DNA of 63,041 bases, the filler included, from Asterionella formosa (Eukaryota): the NCBI GenBank assembly GCA_002256025.1. It is 20 parts of 20 records of this genome, joined end to end, with 100 filler letters (N's around TTAATTAATTAA, not from the genome) between each part and the next. Parts side by side here need not be neighbours in the genome. Positions count along the whole stretch, not along the records: positions 11,050 to 39,144 come from NKIB01001308.1; positions 39,245 to 40,984 come from NKIB01001309.1; positions 41,085 to 42,824 come from NKIB01001310.1; positions 42,925 to 44,664 come from NKIB01001311.1; positions 44,765 to 46,504 come from NKIB01001312.1; 15 more parts are not named here. One strand, 5' to 3'. The notes beneath the pieces were generated by a model. The model made no database searches. It was not told the DNA's origin and saw only the letters and a list, made by a program, of their open reading frames with translations. Below are positions 35,328-46,604 of this stretch, piece by piece (positions within the stretch are counted from its first letter, which is position 1; every line of letters begins with the position of its first letter). The position numbers and the translations under genes were made by a program.

Positions 35328-37988
35328 TTATGAGCAACAGCACATTGAATATGTCTTACGTCAATCATTACCTGAATAACTTTTGTTATCACCGCTATTG
35401 TAACGCGGGATGCATTTCATTCTCATGTCATTAGCAACCCAAGGATTGGTGGCTGCGTTGTACTATATACATGACATAAGATGAATATTAATTGATTGCG
35501 GTGGATCCTGATCTTTAACTTATGAATGGATTGTACTTCAGGACATTTTGTTGTAAAATCGAACATTTAAAATTAAATTATACCATGCATAGCAGGTATG
35601 ATCCCATCTTTTTTTCTTTGCCAGTACTCAGCATGATGCTCCCAAAATTTAATCCGTCAGCTTGTATCTTGCAACAGAAGTACCTGGTCTTAGTACCTTC
35701 TGCGAGTTTGCTCATTTGTCCAGCTGATTATTTTATGACGGATAATTTACAAATACCATGTCCTGTCTGCATGGTGGATATATCAGTGTTTTTCTGCATG
35801 TCATGCATTCCTATAATGATACGCACAGAACATTTGCACAATGGTTTGATATATTTTGATACACCTATTAAGGATTATGTTTACACATGGAACATTCAAG
35901 CTCCTAACTATACAGATACGGAAAGATGCTGTTATCATGGCCGAAGTCCTCCAGCACAATTCTATATGAAATGGTCTGTTGAAGAAACTGACTCATTGGG
36001 ATATCGATAAACTCCAACCGACTTCAAATTTTGGTCTTCAAATTTTAAAACAGGATTGAAATGGAACTAGTCCATTTGTATGGTTACCTATGCATACATC
36101 AACAAACTTTTATATCAATGAAAGGATTGTTAGTTGCAGATACTACACTCATGCGTTATCCTGATCGTAATTTTCCTTTCCATATTTTTTAATCATGTTT
36201 CTGATTTTCAATTAAGAAACTTTCAAAGAATTTCGCTCTATGTCATTGAATGCGATTCTACATGTTCACACTGATCATCATATTTTATCTTTATTACCCT
36301 ACACAGAAACTCAACGTGTTCTCCGGTGGAGGATTTATAATGAATAATATCTTCTCACTTTTCACATTATGAAGGGTACTGATAATGTCAAATATTAAAA
36401 CTTCTATCTCTCGCCTCCTGAGGCTTGTGTCTTTGGTGGGGGATGATATTGGACCGAAATCTTCAGCATCAACATCCATTTCTACTTTCTCAATTGAATT
36501 AGATGATAAACCTTTGTTTACCTGTTTCCTCAATCATCCAATTTTGGCAGACAATATTCAATATCCTCTGGATTATAACTCAATACATGATAGACAATTG
36601 CTGGATATACAATTGATTCTCAATAAACAACTCATCTCATTCTCAATCAACAAACACATCCGTTAAAATTTCCCTCTATCAATTTTCATCATATACATTT
36701 AATGTATTTTGTGAAGAATCCAGGAGATACTTGACGTATTGTTATTCCTACATCACTATTGTATCCTATTATTTATTGGTATCATCAGATGTTAGCTCAT
36801 GTGGGTATGACAAGATGAAATGCCACAGTTTCTACACGTTTTTACTATCCTTCATTAAAAGCAAGAGTGGAACATATTGCAAGCATATATGAAACATGGC
36901 AAAACGTACAAAATTATTTGGTGCTTGGTTTTGGTGAACTTCCACTAAGGAATGCATTGTTATTACAATACTCAGAAGTCACAGTGGATTTCATTGGTCC
37001 ATGGAAGATAACAGTGACTGCACAAGCGATTGAATTTCATGCTCCAACTTGAGTTAACACAGTCACCAATTTACCAGAAATTTCACATATCAATAATAAG
37101 ACATCAGAATATATTGCGATGAAATTTAAAAATGATTGGTTAGACAGATATCTCCGTCCAGAAGTTTGTAGAGATGACAATGAAAGTCAATTCATGACAA
37201 TGGAGGTCAATTTACTGGTATTCCTTTCATACACATGTAAGTATTGAATGGAATTAAAATTGGGACCATTACAGTCAAGATTCCACAAACAAATGCTATC
37301 CGTGAACGTTTACATCAATCTATCAGTAACAGTCTATGTACGAGTTATGTTAAAGGCTCATCCTCCAATCAAGGAATTTCAAGTTCAGAATTATTGTGGA
37401 TACTAATATTTATAGTACATTGTGTATTTTCACCAGGAACATGGGTTTTCCAACATGATTTGATCACAGATATGTAATTGATATTGGGATATCAATGTCG
37501 ATAAGTGATAATTGACAAATGACTACGTCGTGATAATTTCCGTCATCGTTCTTGCGATTACAAAGTTGGTGATAAGGTTTCAATCCTACTATTGGATAAT
37601 CCTAGTACTACCTTGGATAACCAAGGACGAGGTCCTTATTCTATTATTCAAGTATATGCCAATGGTACAGTTACTTTTCAACAAACTATGCATAATACGG
37701 AACGAATTAATATTCATTACATCAAACCTTTTCAAAGGTAAAAGGTTTTCCCTTGATGTGGGAGAGTGAGCGATCTTGCGCATCAATACAGATGTATATA
37801 GGGTTAGTTTTATATCATATATGTATCAGAACTCAATAATGAGAGAACTCGACTAACCCTCATTGTATACTTTGGTGTCGACTTGGAGAACGAGTTACAC
37901 ACAAGGATTAACAAATAAGCTCATATATTCAACAAATACTTCTACTTCTAGTTAGATACTTCACCAGTTCCCAGTTCCCAGGTACCAG

Positions 37989-38880
37989 GAAGGTGCGGTA
38001 ATTGCGCCATCTGCGCGCTTTTTTGGGTACAGCCCGCCTGAAGGGCTTTGCAAGTACGACCGACCGTTGGAGTCGGCTGGCTTCCTATCCATGTTCGTTC
38101 TTTTAAGTAAATTTAAATTATGACCGTACTTTGTGATTTGGCGTTCCCTCTTTAATAAACCCTTCAATTTGCTCACTACACGAAAGTTTTGCTCATCGCT
38201 AATAGCATTCGCTCATTACTCAGAGCATTTGCTCATTGCTCTTAGGAATTGCTTGTCGCTAAATAAATTTGCTCAGTACCTCAAATTTTTGCTCATAGCT
38301 AATAAAATCTGCTCATCGCCATGAACTATTTCATTTTCAAATAGTTACCGGTAAAGGCAGGAGCTGGCCCAGATTTTATCGATGTAGAGTTATGTTCGAA
38401 ATATTTTTTTTACGTTTGTAGCTACCAGTACAAAATAATTTTAGCATCATTATAATTTTGTGCATAAATAACATTCACATGAATAAATTTTATGTATGCA
38501 TTTAAATAATTTTACCATCCGATCTCGTTGTTGTCATGGTTGAATTCATTCATGATGACTTTGAAATCGAGTCCAATGCACAGCGATGGTTGTGAAATCG
38601 CTGAAGTAGCTATATTGTTTCTGCTATAGCACCCTGTTTGAGGAATTACTGCACAGTTTCAACTCCAGGTACCTTACTGTCAAGCTCAAGAGGTTTTGCA
38701 CGTAATTTGGTTGGTCATGTAGGCGTGGATTTGCCATGCTCAACACTAAATAGGTTGTATTTAAACGAAATCGTGTGCTCCCACGCCGCTTGATGCGTTT
38801 ACTGAAAGCGCTGATCATGGCGGTTATGTTGATAAATCAAGCGGCGCGGGAGGTTGTAAAATTGAAATTACCGCACCTTC
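37989..38880. mobile_element. Non-autonomous TIR element (PIF/Harbinger-like MITE)
   Basis: Perfect 15-bp TIR GAAGGTGCGGTAATT / AATTACCGCACCTTC; TSD CAG on both sides within TAC-CAG-GTA; about seven internal TTTGCTCA-type repeats at 38168-38316. Confidence 0.85.
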
Positions 38881-38956
38881 CAGGTATCTGGTTGTGTTCA
38901 GATACCGGTACATTGGTTCATTTATATACCGGATATACCATGCTCAAGGTACCAGG

Positions 38957-39144
38957 TGAGCGATCTTGCGCATCAATACAGATGTATATAGGGTTAGTGT
39001 TATATCATGTATGTATAAGAACTCAATAATGAGAGAACTCGACTAACCCTCATTGTATACTTTGGTGTCGACTTGGAGAACGAGTTACACACAAGGATTA
39101 ACAAATAAGCTCATATATTCAACAAATACTACTACTTCTAGTTA
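38957..39144 (+). mobile_element. LTR family B, third copy, truncated by contig end
   Basis: Near-identical to 37767-37954; preceded by TACCAGG. Confidence 0.92.
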
Positions 39145-39244
39145 NNNNNNNNNNNNNNNNNNNNNNNNNNNNNNNNNNNNNNNNNNNNTTAATTAATTAA
39201 NNNNNNNNNNNNNNNNNNNNNNNNNNNNNNNNNNNNNNNNNNNN

Positions 39245-40013
39245 CTTTCCAAATATCAATAGGCCCTTGTGTTTCTTCCTTAGCCATTTGCACTTTTCCA
39301 AAATCACTAGGAAAAATTTGAACCTTCTTCACTGAACCCGGGGGAGTGAAACTCGACAAGATAGCAAAGAGATCGACAGCTCTAACATGCGACCAGTCCA
39401 TATTCATGACAGCCATATAAGGAGACTCCACCTCAGTAATCGAGATTTCGTCCTCCTCTTTGTTCGAGGGATCCAGAACTCCAGCGATTTCATCCACGCC
39501 ATCTCCTTCCATATCAGAATCTTGGTCAGACTCCATGACTAAGGATGCATCGTCCTCTGACGAGGACGAAACGTCCACTTCACCACGAGACAAGGCCGTC
39601 AAGTAGGCGATGCGAGATGCTGGGTCGTCATGTTCGTCACCAGATATTTCGTCTTGATTTTCTTCATTCATCGATTCTTCTGTAGATGACTCGCCGTGTT
39701 CAGTGTGCTCGCCTTCCTTTAGTTCGTCGTTTGCAACCGTGTAAAAAGCAGTAAGTTCATTCGTTTGTTCAATGGGCCCTTGTCTCTTCTTTTTGATGCC
39801 ATATTTATCATTTTCTTGAAGTTGAAAGCGAGGATCAGTCAAAACTGAGGCAAACCTATCGTCGAGCACAACCTTATTCGTTTCCTCTTTCACTCTCGCA
39901 AACTGAGGCCGATTCAAGGCAGCTGCAAAACGCTCATCGAACCCTTGGGAATCATGTGGTTGAGGCTTCATAGCCCTTGGTTTCTTTTCTTTCGTTTTCT
40001 TCAAGCCGGCCAT
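39245..40013 (-). CDS. ESF1: ESF1 pre-rRNA processing protein, 5' part
   Basis: DDRFASVLTDPRF, DKYG, RGE plus acidic tract, AVMNMDWSHVRAVDLFAILSSF...VQIFPSDFGK..MAKEETQGP. Confidence 0.92.
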
Positions 40014-40895
40014 GATGCATCACTTGTCGTCCTTTGCGGCGGTTGCTTCTAGGAAGCGAAAGGGATATTGAAAGGGGGCCGAGTAATCGAATGTCACAAA
40101 GTTGTATTCGAGGCTACAGGAGGAGGAACTTAACTTTGTGTTGTCTCACTACCTGCATGATGATCATTAGAGGAGATAAAATTTTAGTGGCTGCCAGCCG
40201 TGCAGGGATTCCACCCTGAAATTACCGCTACGCACAGATTGGCCCATGATCGTACATATGTACGCACCACTATGCTGCATAGTAGCTGTCATAGCTAGAC
40301 TACCTGTGCATACGTTACTACCCCGTAACTAAACTAGCTGGTACCGGTACCAGTGCCAGTTAACCTGGTACCGGTATGCTACCAGGTACCGCATCACCAC
40401 AATGGCTGGCTGTGGTACCTAGTACGGTGCCCTGGTACTCATCATGTCGTACATACCCCCCTGCCGCTTTAGATGGTCCGGCAATCGAGATATTTAGCTT
40501 CATCTTTGCCTAAGTTTAAAACGTGTTTTACCGTTTACCGGACCTTTGTGGGAACATTTACCTGTACGTACATTGCATTTGCTTGGTTAGCCGTGTAGTT
40601 AGTTAGTATCCCAGAGTGGTGCGAGGTACCTGGTGCCCATCAGATCTACCGGTATACCTGTACCTGGTAACAGGTACCAGGTACCTGCATTCCGGTGCTA
40701 GGAGTAGCTATCATTGCTTTGATGTTCTGATAATTTTGTATGGCTGTGGTCCCATGATCTCTTCTGCTTGTTCGTTTCTTGAAGCCAGCAAGAAAGAGTT
40801 CTAATTAAACCACAGTCTACCATCATTGCTACATGCCATTTTCTGCTTATGTTGTCTTATCATAGACCGGTAAATAGCTCTGTATACATGTTGTC

Positions 40896-40984
40896 ATGAC
40901 AATACCGAGACTTGCAATCATCAGTGGAATATTAGGCGCAACAGCGTCATGCCTTGCGAAATTTGCTCTAGCGCCAGAATCTCC
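40896..40984 (+). CDS. Possible N-terminus of a TMEM42-like small membrane protein (truncated; absent from the ORF track)
   Basis: MTIPRLAIISGILGATASCLAKFALAPES, open to the contig end and divergent from ESF1; family call from recalled resemblance only. Confidence 0.4.
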
Positions 40985-41280
40985 NNNNNNNNNNNNNNNN
41001 NNNNNNNNNNNNNNNNNNNNNNNNNNNNTTAATTAATTAANNNNNNNNNNNNNNNNNNNNNNNNNNNNNNNNNNNNNNNNNNNNTAATATGTACGAGGTA
41101 ATATATTATGTTAGTTGCGGTACTTGCTGTTTTGACCAATGTATTGTATGTAATCCGTGTTATTGATTGTCTGATGTCGTCTTTTTTGCTGTACCGGTAG
41201 TTTCGTTATTTATATCAGCGTGTGGATGCAGGAGGTACCTGGTACCTCCTGGTAAAGTAATGCACAGGGCGTTATTTGTT

Positions 41281-41410
41281 GTAGTCACGTGATCATTTTC
41301 GTATTCTATCGCCTATTACATGCTAGAGTGATAGCAACAGCCAAAGCAAAAGGATAATTTGCACAGCTATATGTCGTAGTCACGTGATCATTTTCGTATT
41401 CTATCGCCTA
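41281..41410. repeat. 35-bp direct repeat containing the CACGTG palindrome
   Basis: GTAGTCACGTGATCATTTTCGTATTCTATCGCCTA at 41281 and 41376. Confidence 0.85.
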
Positions 41411-41992
41411 GTACTTCGTGGTGAGTTGCCCCCGGTATAAACCTGGTACCAGGTTACAGGGAATGTACCATAGCTATCACCATGCTCATTGAACATACTA
41501 TGTATATGTATATGATAGAAATAAAAAATAAAAAATATTATTTATGATGTCGTTCTGTTGATTTCGACATCAAGTATGGCATACGAACGGATTCTGGATT
41601 CCGTCCTGTGGTACACTCATGTGTGGAATATATATCTGACCTACGTAAAAGTCGAAGTGGCCGGTAAAACTGAAATGCAACTCAATTGCAGGATTGGGTA
41701 ATCCAAGAACTGTACATACAATTTATTTTCTCTGAGAAGGGCAATTGGCTAGTTTGCATCCAACATACAAACTATCTATGATATACCTTTTAAATGTAAG
41801 CTAAAAGGGCAATGTAGTGGCGAAATTCGCTCCGATACTAAGTTTGTAATTTGCCTCGGTAGTTAAGACCGTACTTGGGAGGAGTCTGCCTACTCGTAAT
41901 CTCATGTACCGGTACTCGACTTGGGAGGCCCTCCACTCGTTCGGTCAATCTACTCGCGCCTCCCAAGCCTCGAACACGAGAATGCTCGCAGG

Positions 41993-42824
41993 TGTTGAAA
42001 TTGCGTCCCGAAGCACTCTATGCTTTCTTGTATCCTGTAAGGACACGTCAGGGACCAAATAGGCTGTAGATATAACAACGATGTCTCCGTGATCGATTGT
42101 AATCGTTCCTAAGAGTTTTAATAGAATTATGGGTTTTTACTGTTGGCGTAGATTGTTTTCGAATTCTCTGGTACCATATTCTTTCTTGATTCATTCGATT
42201 CAATATGTAAAAGGTAATTTATACCGGGATTTTCTTTCCTAAAATATTTTCTCCAACACACTCCTGCTGGACACGGATGCTCACTTTGAATTCATAATTT
42301 GCTGACGAAAATGAATAAATTTTGTTCCAACCAGTGGCTTCGTCATGTAGTCTGCTAACATTGCATCCGATGGACAGTACTTGATTTGTACTTCCTTTCT
42401 TTCAATAAGATCAGTAATATAAAAATATTTGATGTTGAAATGTCGCGTGCGTTTTCCTGAACTTGCTTTTCCATTTGCTTCTAGCTTCATTGCGCTAGTG
42501 TTGTCACGGTAAATGACATTCGTAGTCACCTTGTGTCCTTGTGCTTCAATAAATAATTTCGTCCACAACACCTTTGATATGATGTCATTGACACCAACCA
42601 ATTCTGCTTCAGTCGAACTTCTAGTGTTCACTTTCTGTTTCGTGGACATAGAACAAATAATTCCGTTTCCAAGTGACATTGTAGCTCCTGTGTGACTTTT
42701 AAAATCTTTGTGCACTGCAAACGCTGCATCAACGTACCATTTAATGCTCTGAGTGTCATCAGCACTCATAGATGCAACCTCGTTCTGAGTTGCTTTCAAG
42801 AAATTCATGATCTTGACTAATTTT
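41993..42824 (-). mobile_element. 3' end of a Ty1/Copia (CoDi-like) element: RNase H, PPT and 3' LTR
   Basis: ORF ending at 42281 with WYVDAAFAVH, RSSTEAELVGV, DN, RTRHFNIKY, ADYMTKPL; purine tract CAGGAGTG then a putative LTR 42258-41993 with TGTTG...CAACA ends. Confidence 0.9.
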
Positions 42825-42924
42825 NNNNNNNNNNNNNNNNNNNNNNNNNNNNNNNNNNNNNNNNNNNNTTAATTAATTAANNNNNNNNNNNNNNNNNNNN
42901 NNNNNNNNNNNNNNNNNNNNNNNN

Positions 42925-44664
42925 TTCTGGGAGCCAGTCTGGTACCTCATGAGCAATAGAAAGTATCCGGCGAAGAGGTACCTTCGTGGACGCTTTGTGG
43001 GGATTGCCTGGACGACGGGAGACAACATGTGCTACCGCATCTGGACAGATGAAAAAGACCTCATCTCCAGAGAAATCCACCGTAGCGTGGTGCTCCCTCG
43101 GCATCCAGACGAGGAGTTTCCAAGAACCTTGGTCAAATACACAAGCGACTACTTCTTCCCAACTCCCAAATTGCCGAAGAACGGTCCAGAAGTTGTTAGT
43201 GCCAACCTCGAGGGGGGGAGGAAAAGGGTACGGGAACAGAGTAAACAACCTGACGAAGCTGACAAGAACAACGGTGGAACTCGCATAACACCGGGGCCGC
43301 GTGAGGGCAGAAGTAAACGACCGGGCAGTGGAGATCACACCACTTATACCCCAGGTACCGGGGCGCATAAAAACGTGGACATCGCGGAAGGAACCATACC
43401 GGAGAGTACTGATGTGGGAAACCTCGGCCCGGAGGAAGCAGAAGTTCGCAAGCGATGGCTTGAAATGACAGAAGCGGAGGCAAACCGCGTCCTAGAACTA
43501 TATGCACCACCTACCGAGGGGGTAGACTATGCAAATATGAAAACTATTCTTAGTCATAAAACCACTACTAGGGATGGAGTGAAAACCATTACATTCCGAG
43601 TAAAGTACCGGTCGGGAGAAGTGATCCAGTGCGATCTCGATGACCTGAAAATAGATGCGCCATACTCACTCGCAGTCTATCTCAGGCAGAAAAAGATCAT
43701 GTCCCCTACCCTCAGGGAATGGTCTCAGAGAACGCTAGAGACCCTAGATACTTCATTGTATAGGACCAGGCTAATAGAACCAAATACTTCAATCCGGAGG
43801 CGACATGCACATGATGCTAGCGCCACAGTGGTGACCCTGACCCGATGCAACTCAGCCTTCTCCAGTCGGCGGCGGGTGAAAACCAACTCGAAGCCGGGCA
43901 GGAACAAAAGGAGACCGCATCACTCAAGTGGATGTGAAGTCAAATATGGGGTGAAAATCCCCAGGACGGTAGGAGAAGCTATTGACCTGGACAAGCTTAA
44001 TGGTGATGACCTGTGGCACCAGGCAATAAAGAAGGAAATTGGTGCTCTCATGGAGATGCAGACCTTCAACATTCTTGGACCGGACGAATCTAAATCCTTC
44101 AAACGGGATGGATTTCAGTACGCTCGACTGATGATGATATTTGACGTCAAGCAGGATTTACGGAGAAAGGCCCGACTGGTTCTAGGAGGTCACATGATCG
44201 ATGCCTCAGGACACGATACATACGCGACCAACATGAAAGGAATCAGTGCCAGAATCCTCATGCTTATTGCAAGTGCAAACGAACTCAGGGTATTAACAGG
44301 TGATATAGGGAATGCGTATTTGTATGCCAGCACAAATGAAAAGATATTCTGCAGGCTAGGAGAAGAGTTCAGCATAGCAGGGCATGGGGCAACTGGAAGG
44401 ATTGCAGTGCTTGAAAAGGCACTGTATGGCACCAAGAGCGCAGCAAACCGATGGCATGCACACCTAGCAGACACCCTACGATGTATGGGTTTCACAACAA
44501 GCAGGTACGATGCAGACATTTGGTACCAAGCACGTAGTGATGGCTCTGGCTATGATTACATCGGGACACATACTGATGACCTGATGATAGTGGCAAAGAA
44601 CCCGGAAGGGTACTTTGAGGTGCTACAGGAGAAGTATACGATAAAGAAGATTGGCCCACCTACA
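42925..44664 (+). mobile_element. Copia (CoDi-I-like) pol fragment: integrase C-terminus, chromodomain-like module, RT; variant 1
   Basis: GRFVGIAWTTGD; ILSHK...FRVKYRSGE...DAPYSLAVY; KYGVKIPRTVGEA; KARLVLGGH; GDIGNAYL; KALYG; open across the contig. Confidence 0.92.
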
Positions 44665-44764
44665 NNNNNNNNNNNNNNNNNNNNNNNNNNNNNNNNNNNN
44701 NNNNNNNNTTAATTAATTAANNNNNNNNNNNNNNNNNNNNNNNNNNNNNNNNNNNNNNNNNNNN

Positions 44765-46504
44765 TTCTGGGAGCCAGTCTGGTACCTCATGAGCAATAGA
44801 AAGTATCCGGCGAAGAGGTACCTTCGTGGACGCTTTGTGGGGATTGCCTGGACGACGGGAGACAACATGTGCTACCGCATCTGGACAGATGAAAAAGACC
44901 TCATCTCCAGAGAAATCCACCGTAGCGTGGTGCTCCCTCGGCATCCAGACGAGGAGTTTCCAAGAACCTTGGTCAAATACACAAGCGACTACTTCTTCCC
45001 AACTCCCAAATTGCCGAAGAACGGTCCAGAAGTTGTTAGTGCCAACCTCGAGGGGGGGAGGAAAAGGGTACGGGAACAGAGTAAACAACCTGACGAAGCT
45101 GACAAGAACAACGGTGGAACTCGCATAACACCGGGGCCGCGTGAGGGCAGAAGTAAACGACCGGGCAGTGGAGATCACACCACTTATACCCCAGGTACCG
45201 GGGCGCATAAAAACGTGGACATCGCGGAAGGAACCATACCGGAGAGTACTGACGTGGGAAACCTCGGCCCGGAGGAAGCAGAAGTTCGCAAGCGATGGCT
45301 TGAAATGACAGAAGCGGAGGCAAACCGTGTCCTAGAACTATATGCACCACCTACCAAGGGGGTAGACTATGCAAATATGAAAACTATTCTTAGTCATAAA
45401 ACCACTACTAGGGATGGAGTGAAAACCATTACATTCCGAGTAAAGTACCGGTCGGGAGAAGTGATCCAGTGCGATCTCGATGACCTGAAGATAGATGCGC
45501 CATACTCACTCGCAGTCTATCTCAGGCAGAAAAAGATTATGTCCCCTACCCTCAGGGAATGGTCTCAGAGAACGCTAGAGACCCTAGATACTTCATTGTA
45601 TAGGACCAGGCTAATAGAACCAAATACTTCAATCCGGAGGCGACATGCACATGATGCTAGCGCCACAGTGGTGACCCTGACCCGATGCAACTCAGCCTTC
45701 TCCAGTCGGCGGCGGGTGAAAACCAACTCGAAGCCGGGCAGGAACAAAAGGAGACCGCATCACTCAAGTGGATGTGAAGTCAAATATGGGGTGAAAATCC
45801 CCAGGACGGTAGGAGAAGCTATTGCCCTGGACAAGCTTAATGGTGATGACCTGTGGCACCAGTCAATAAAGAAGGAAATTGGTGCTCTCATGGAGATGCA
45901 GACCTTCAACATTCTTGGACCGGACGAATCTAAATCCTTCAAACAGGATGGATTTCAGTACGCTCGACTGATGATGATATTTGACGTCAAGCAGGATTTA
46001 CGGAGAAAGGCCCGACTGGTTCTAGGAGGTCACATGATCGATGCCTCAGGACACGATACATACGCGACCAACATGAAAGGAATCAGTGCCAGAATCCTCA
46101 TGCTTATTGCAAGTGCAAACGAACTCAGGGTATTAACAGGGGATATAGGGAATGCGTATTTGTATGCCAGCACAAATGAAAAAATATTCTGCAGGCTAGG
46201 AGAAGAGTTCAGCATAGCAGGGCATGGGGCAACTGGAAGGATTGCAGTGCTTGAAAAGGCACTGTATGGCACCAAGAGCGCTGCAAACCGATGGCATGCA
46301 CATCTAGCAGACACCCTACGATGTATGGGTTTTGCAACAAGCAGATATGATGCAGATATTTGGTACCAAGCACGTAATGATGGCTCTGGCTATGATTACA
46401 TCGGGACACATACCGATGACTTGATGATAGTGGCAAAGAACCCGGAAGGGTACTTTGAGGTGCTACAGGAGAAGTATACGATAAAGAAGATTGGCCCACC
46501 TACA
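44765..46504 (+). mobile_element. Copia (CoDi-I-like) pol fragment; variant 2
   Basis: Same length and boundaries as 42925-44664, about 20 substitutions by eye. Confidence 0.92.
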
Positions 46505-46604
46505 NNNNNNNNNNNNNNNNNNNNNNNNNNNNNNNNNNNNNNNNNNNNTTAATTAATTAANNNNNNNNNNNNNNNNNNNNNNNNNNNNNNNNNNNNNNNN
46601 NNNN

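Larger units (their letters stand above)
33625..37963 (+). mobile_element. Decayed Ty3/gypsy LTR retrotransposon (LTR family B)
   Basis: 197-bp LTRs at 33625-33821 and 37767-37963 (TGAG...TTCA); purine tract GTGGGAGAG before the 3' LTR; broken pol remnants in gypsy order: RT (WSVEETDSLGY), RYPDRNFPFHIF, integrase (VDFIGPW; PQTNAIRERLHQ), GPY module; imperfect 4-bp TSD CCGG/CCAG. Confidence 0.9.

Noticed and set aside
10950..39244. 28-kb contig among size-ordered 1.74-kb contigs, suggesting an island
   Set aside because: Bounded by the same artificial spacers; most simply explained by contig ordering; content is ordinary nuclear DNA sharing repeats with the small contigs
42925..46504. Tandem duplication of a Copia pol
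   Set aside because: Two separate contigs of equal length placed side by side
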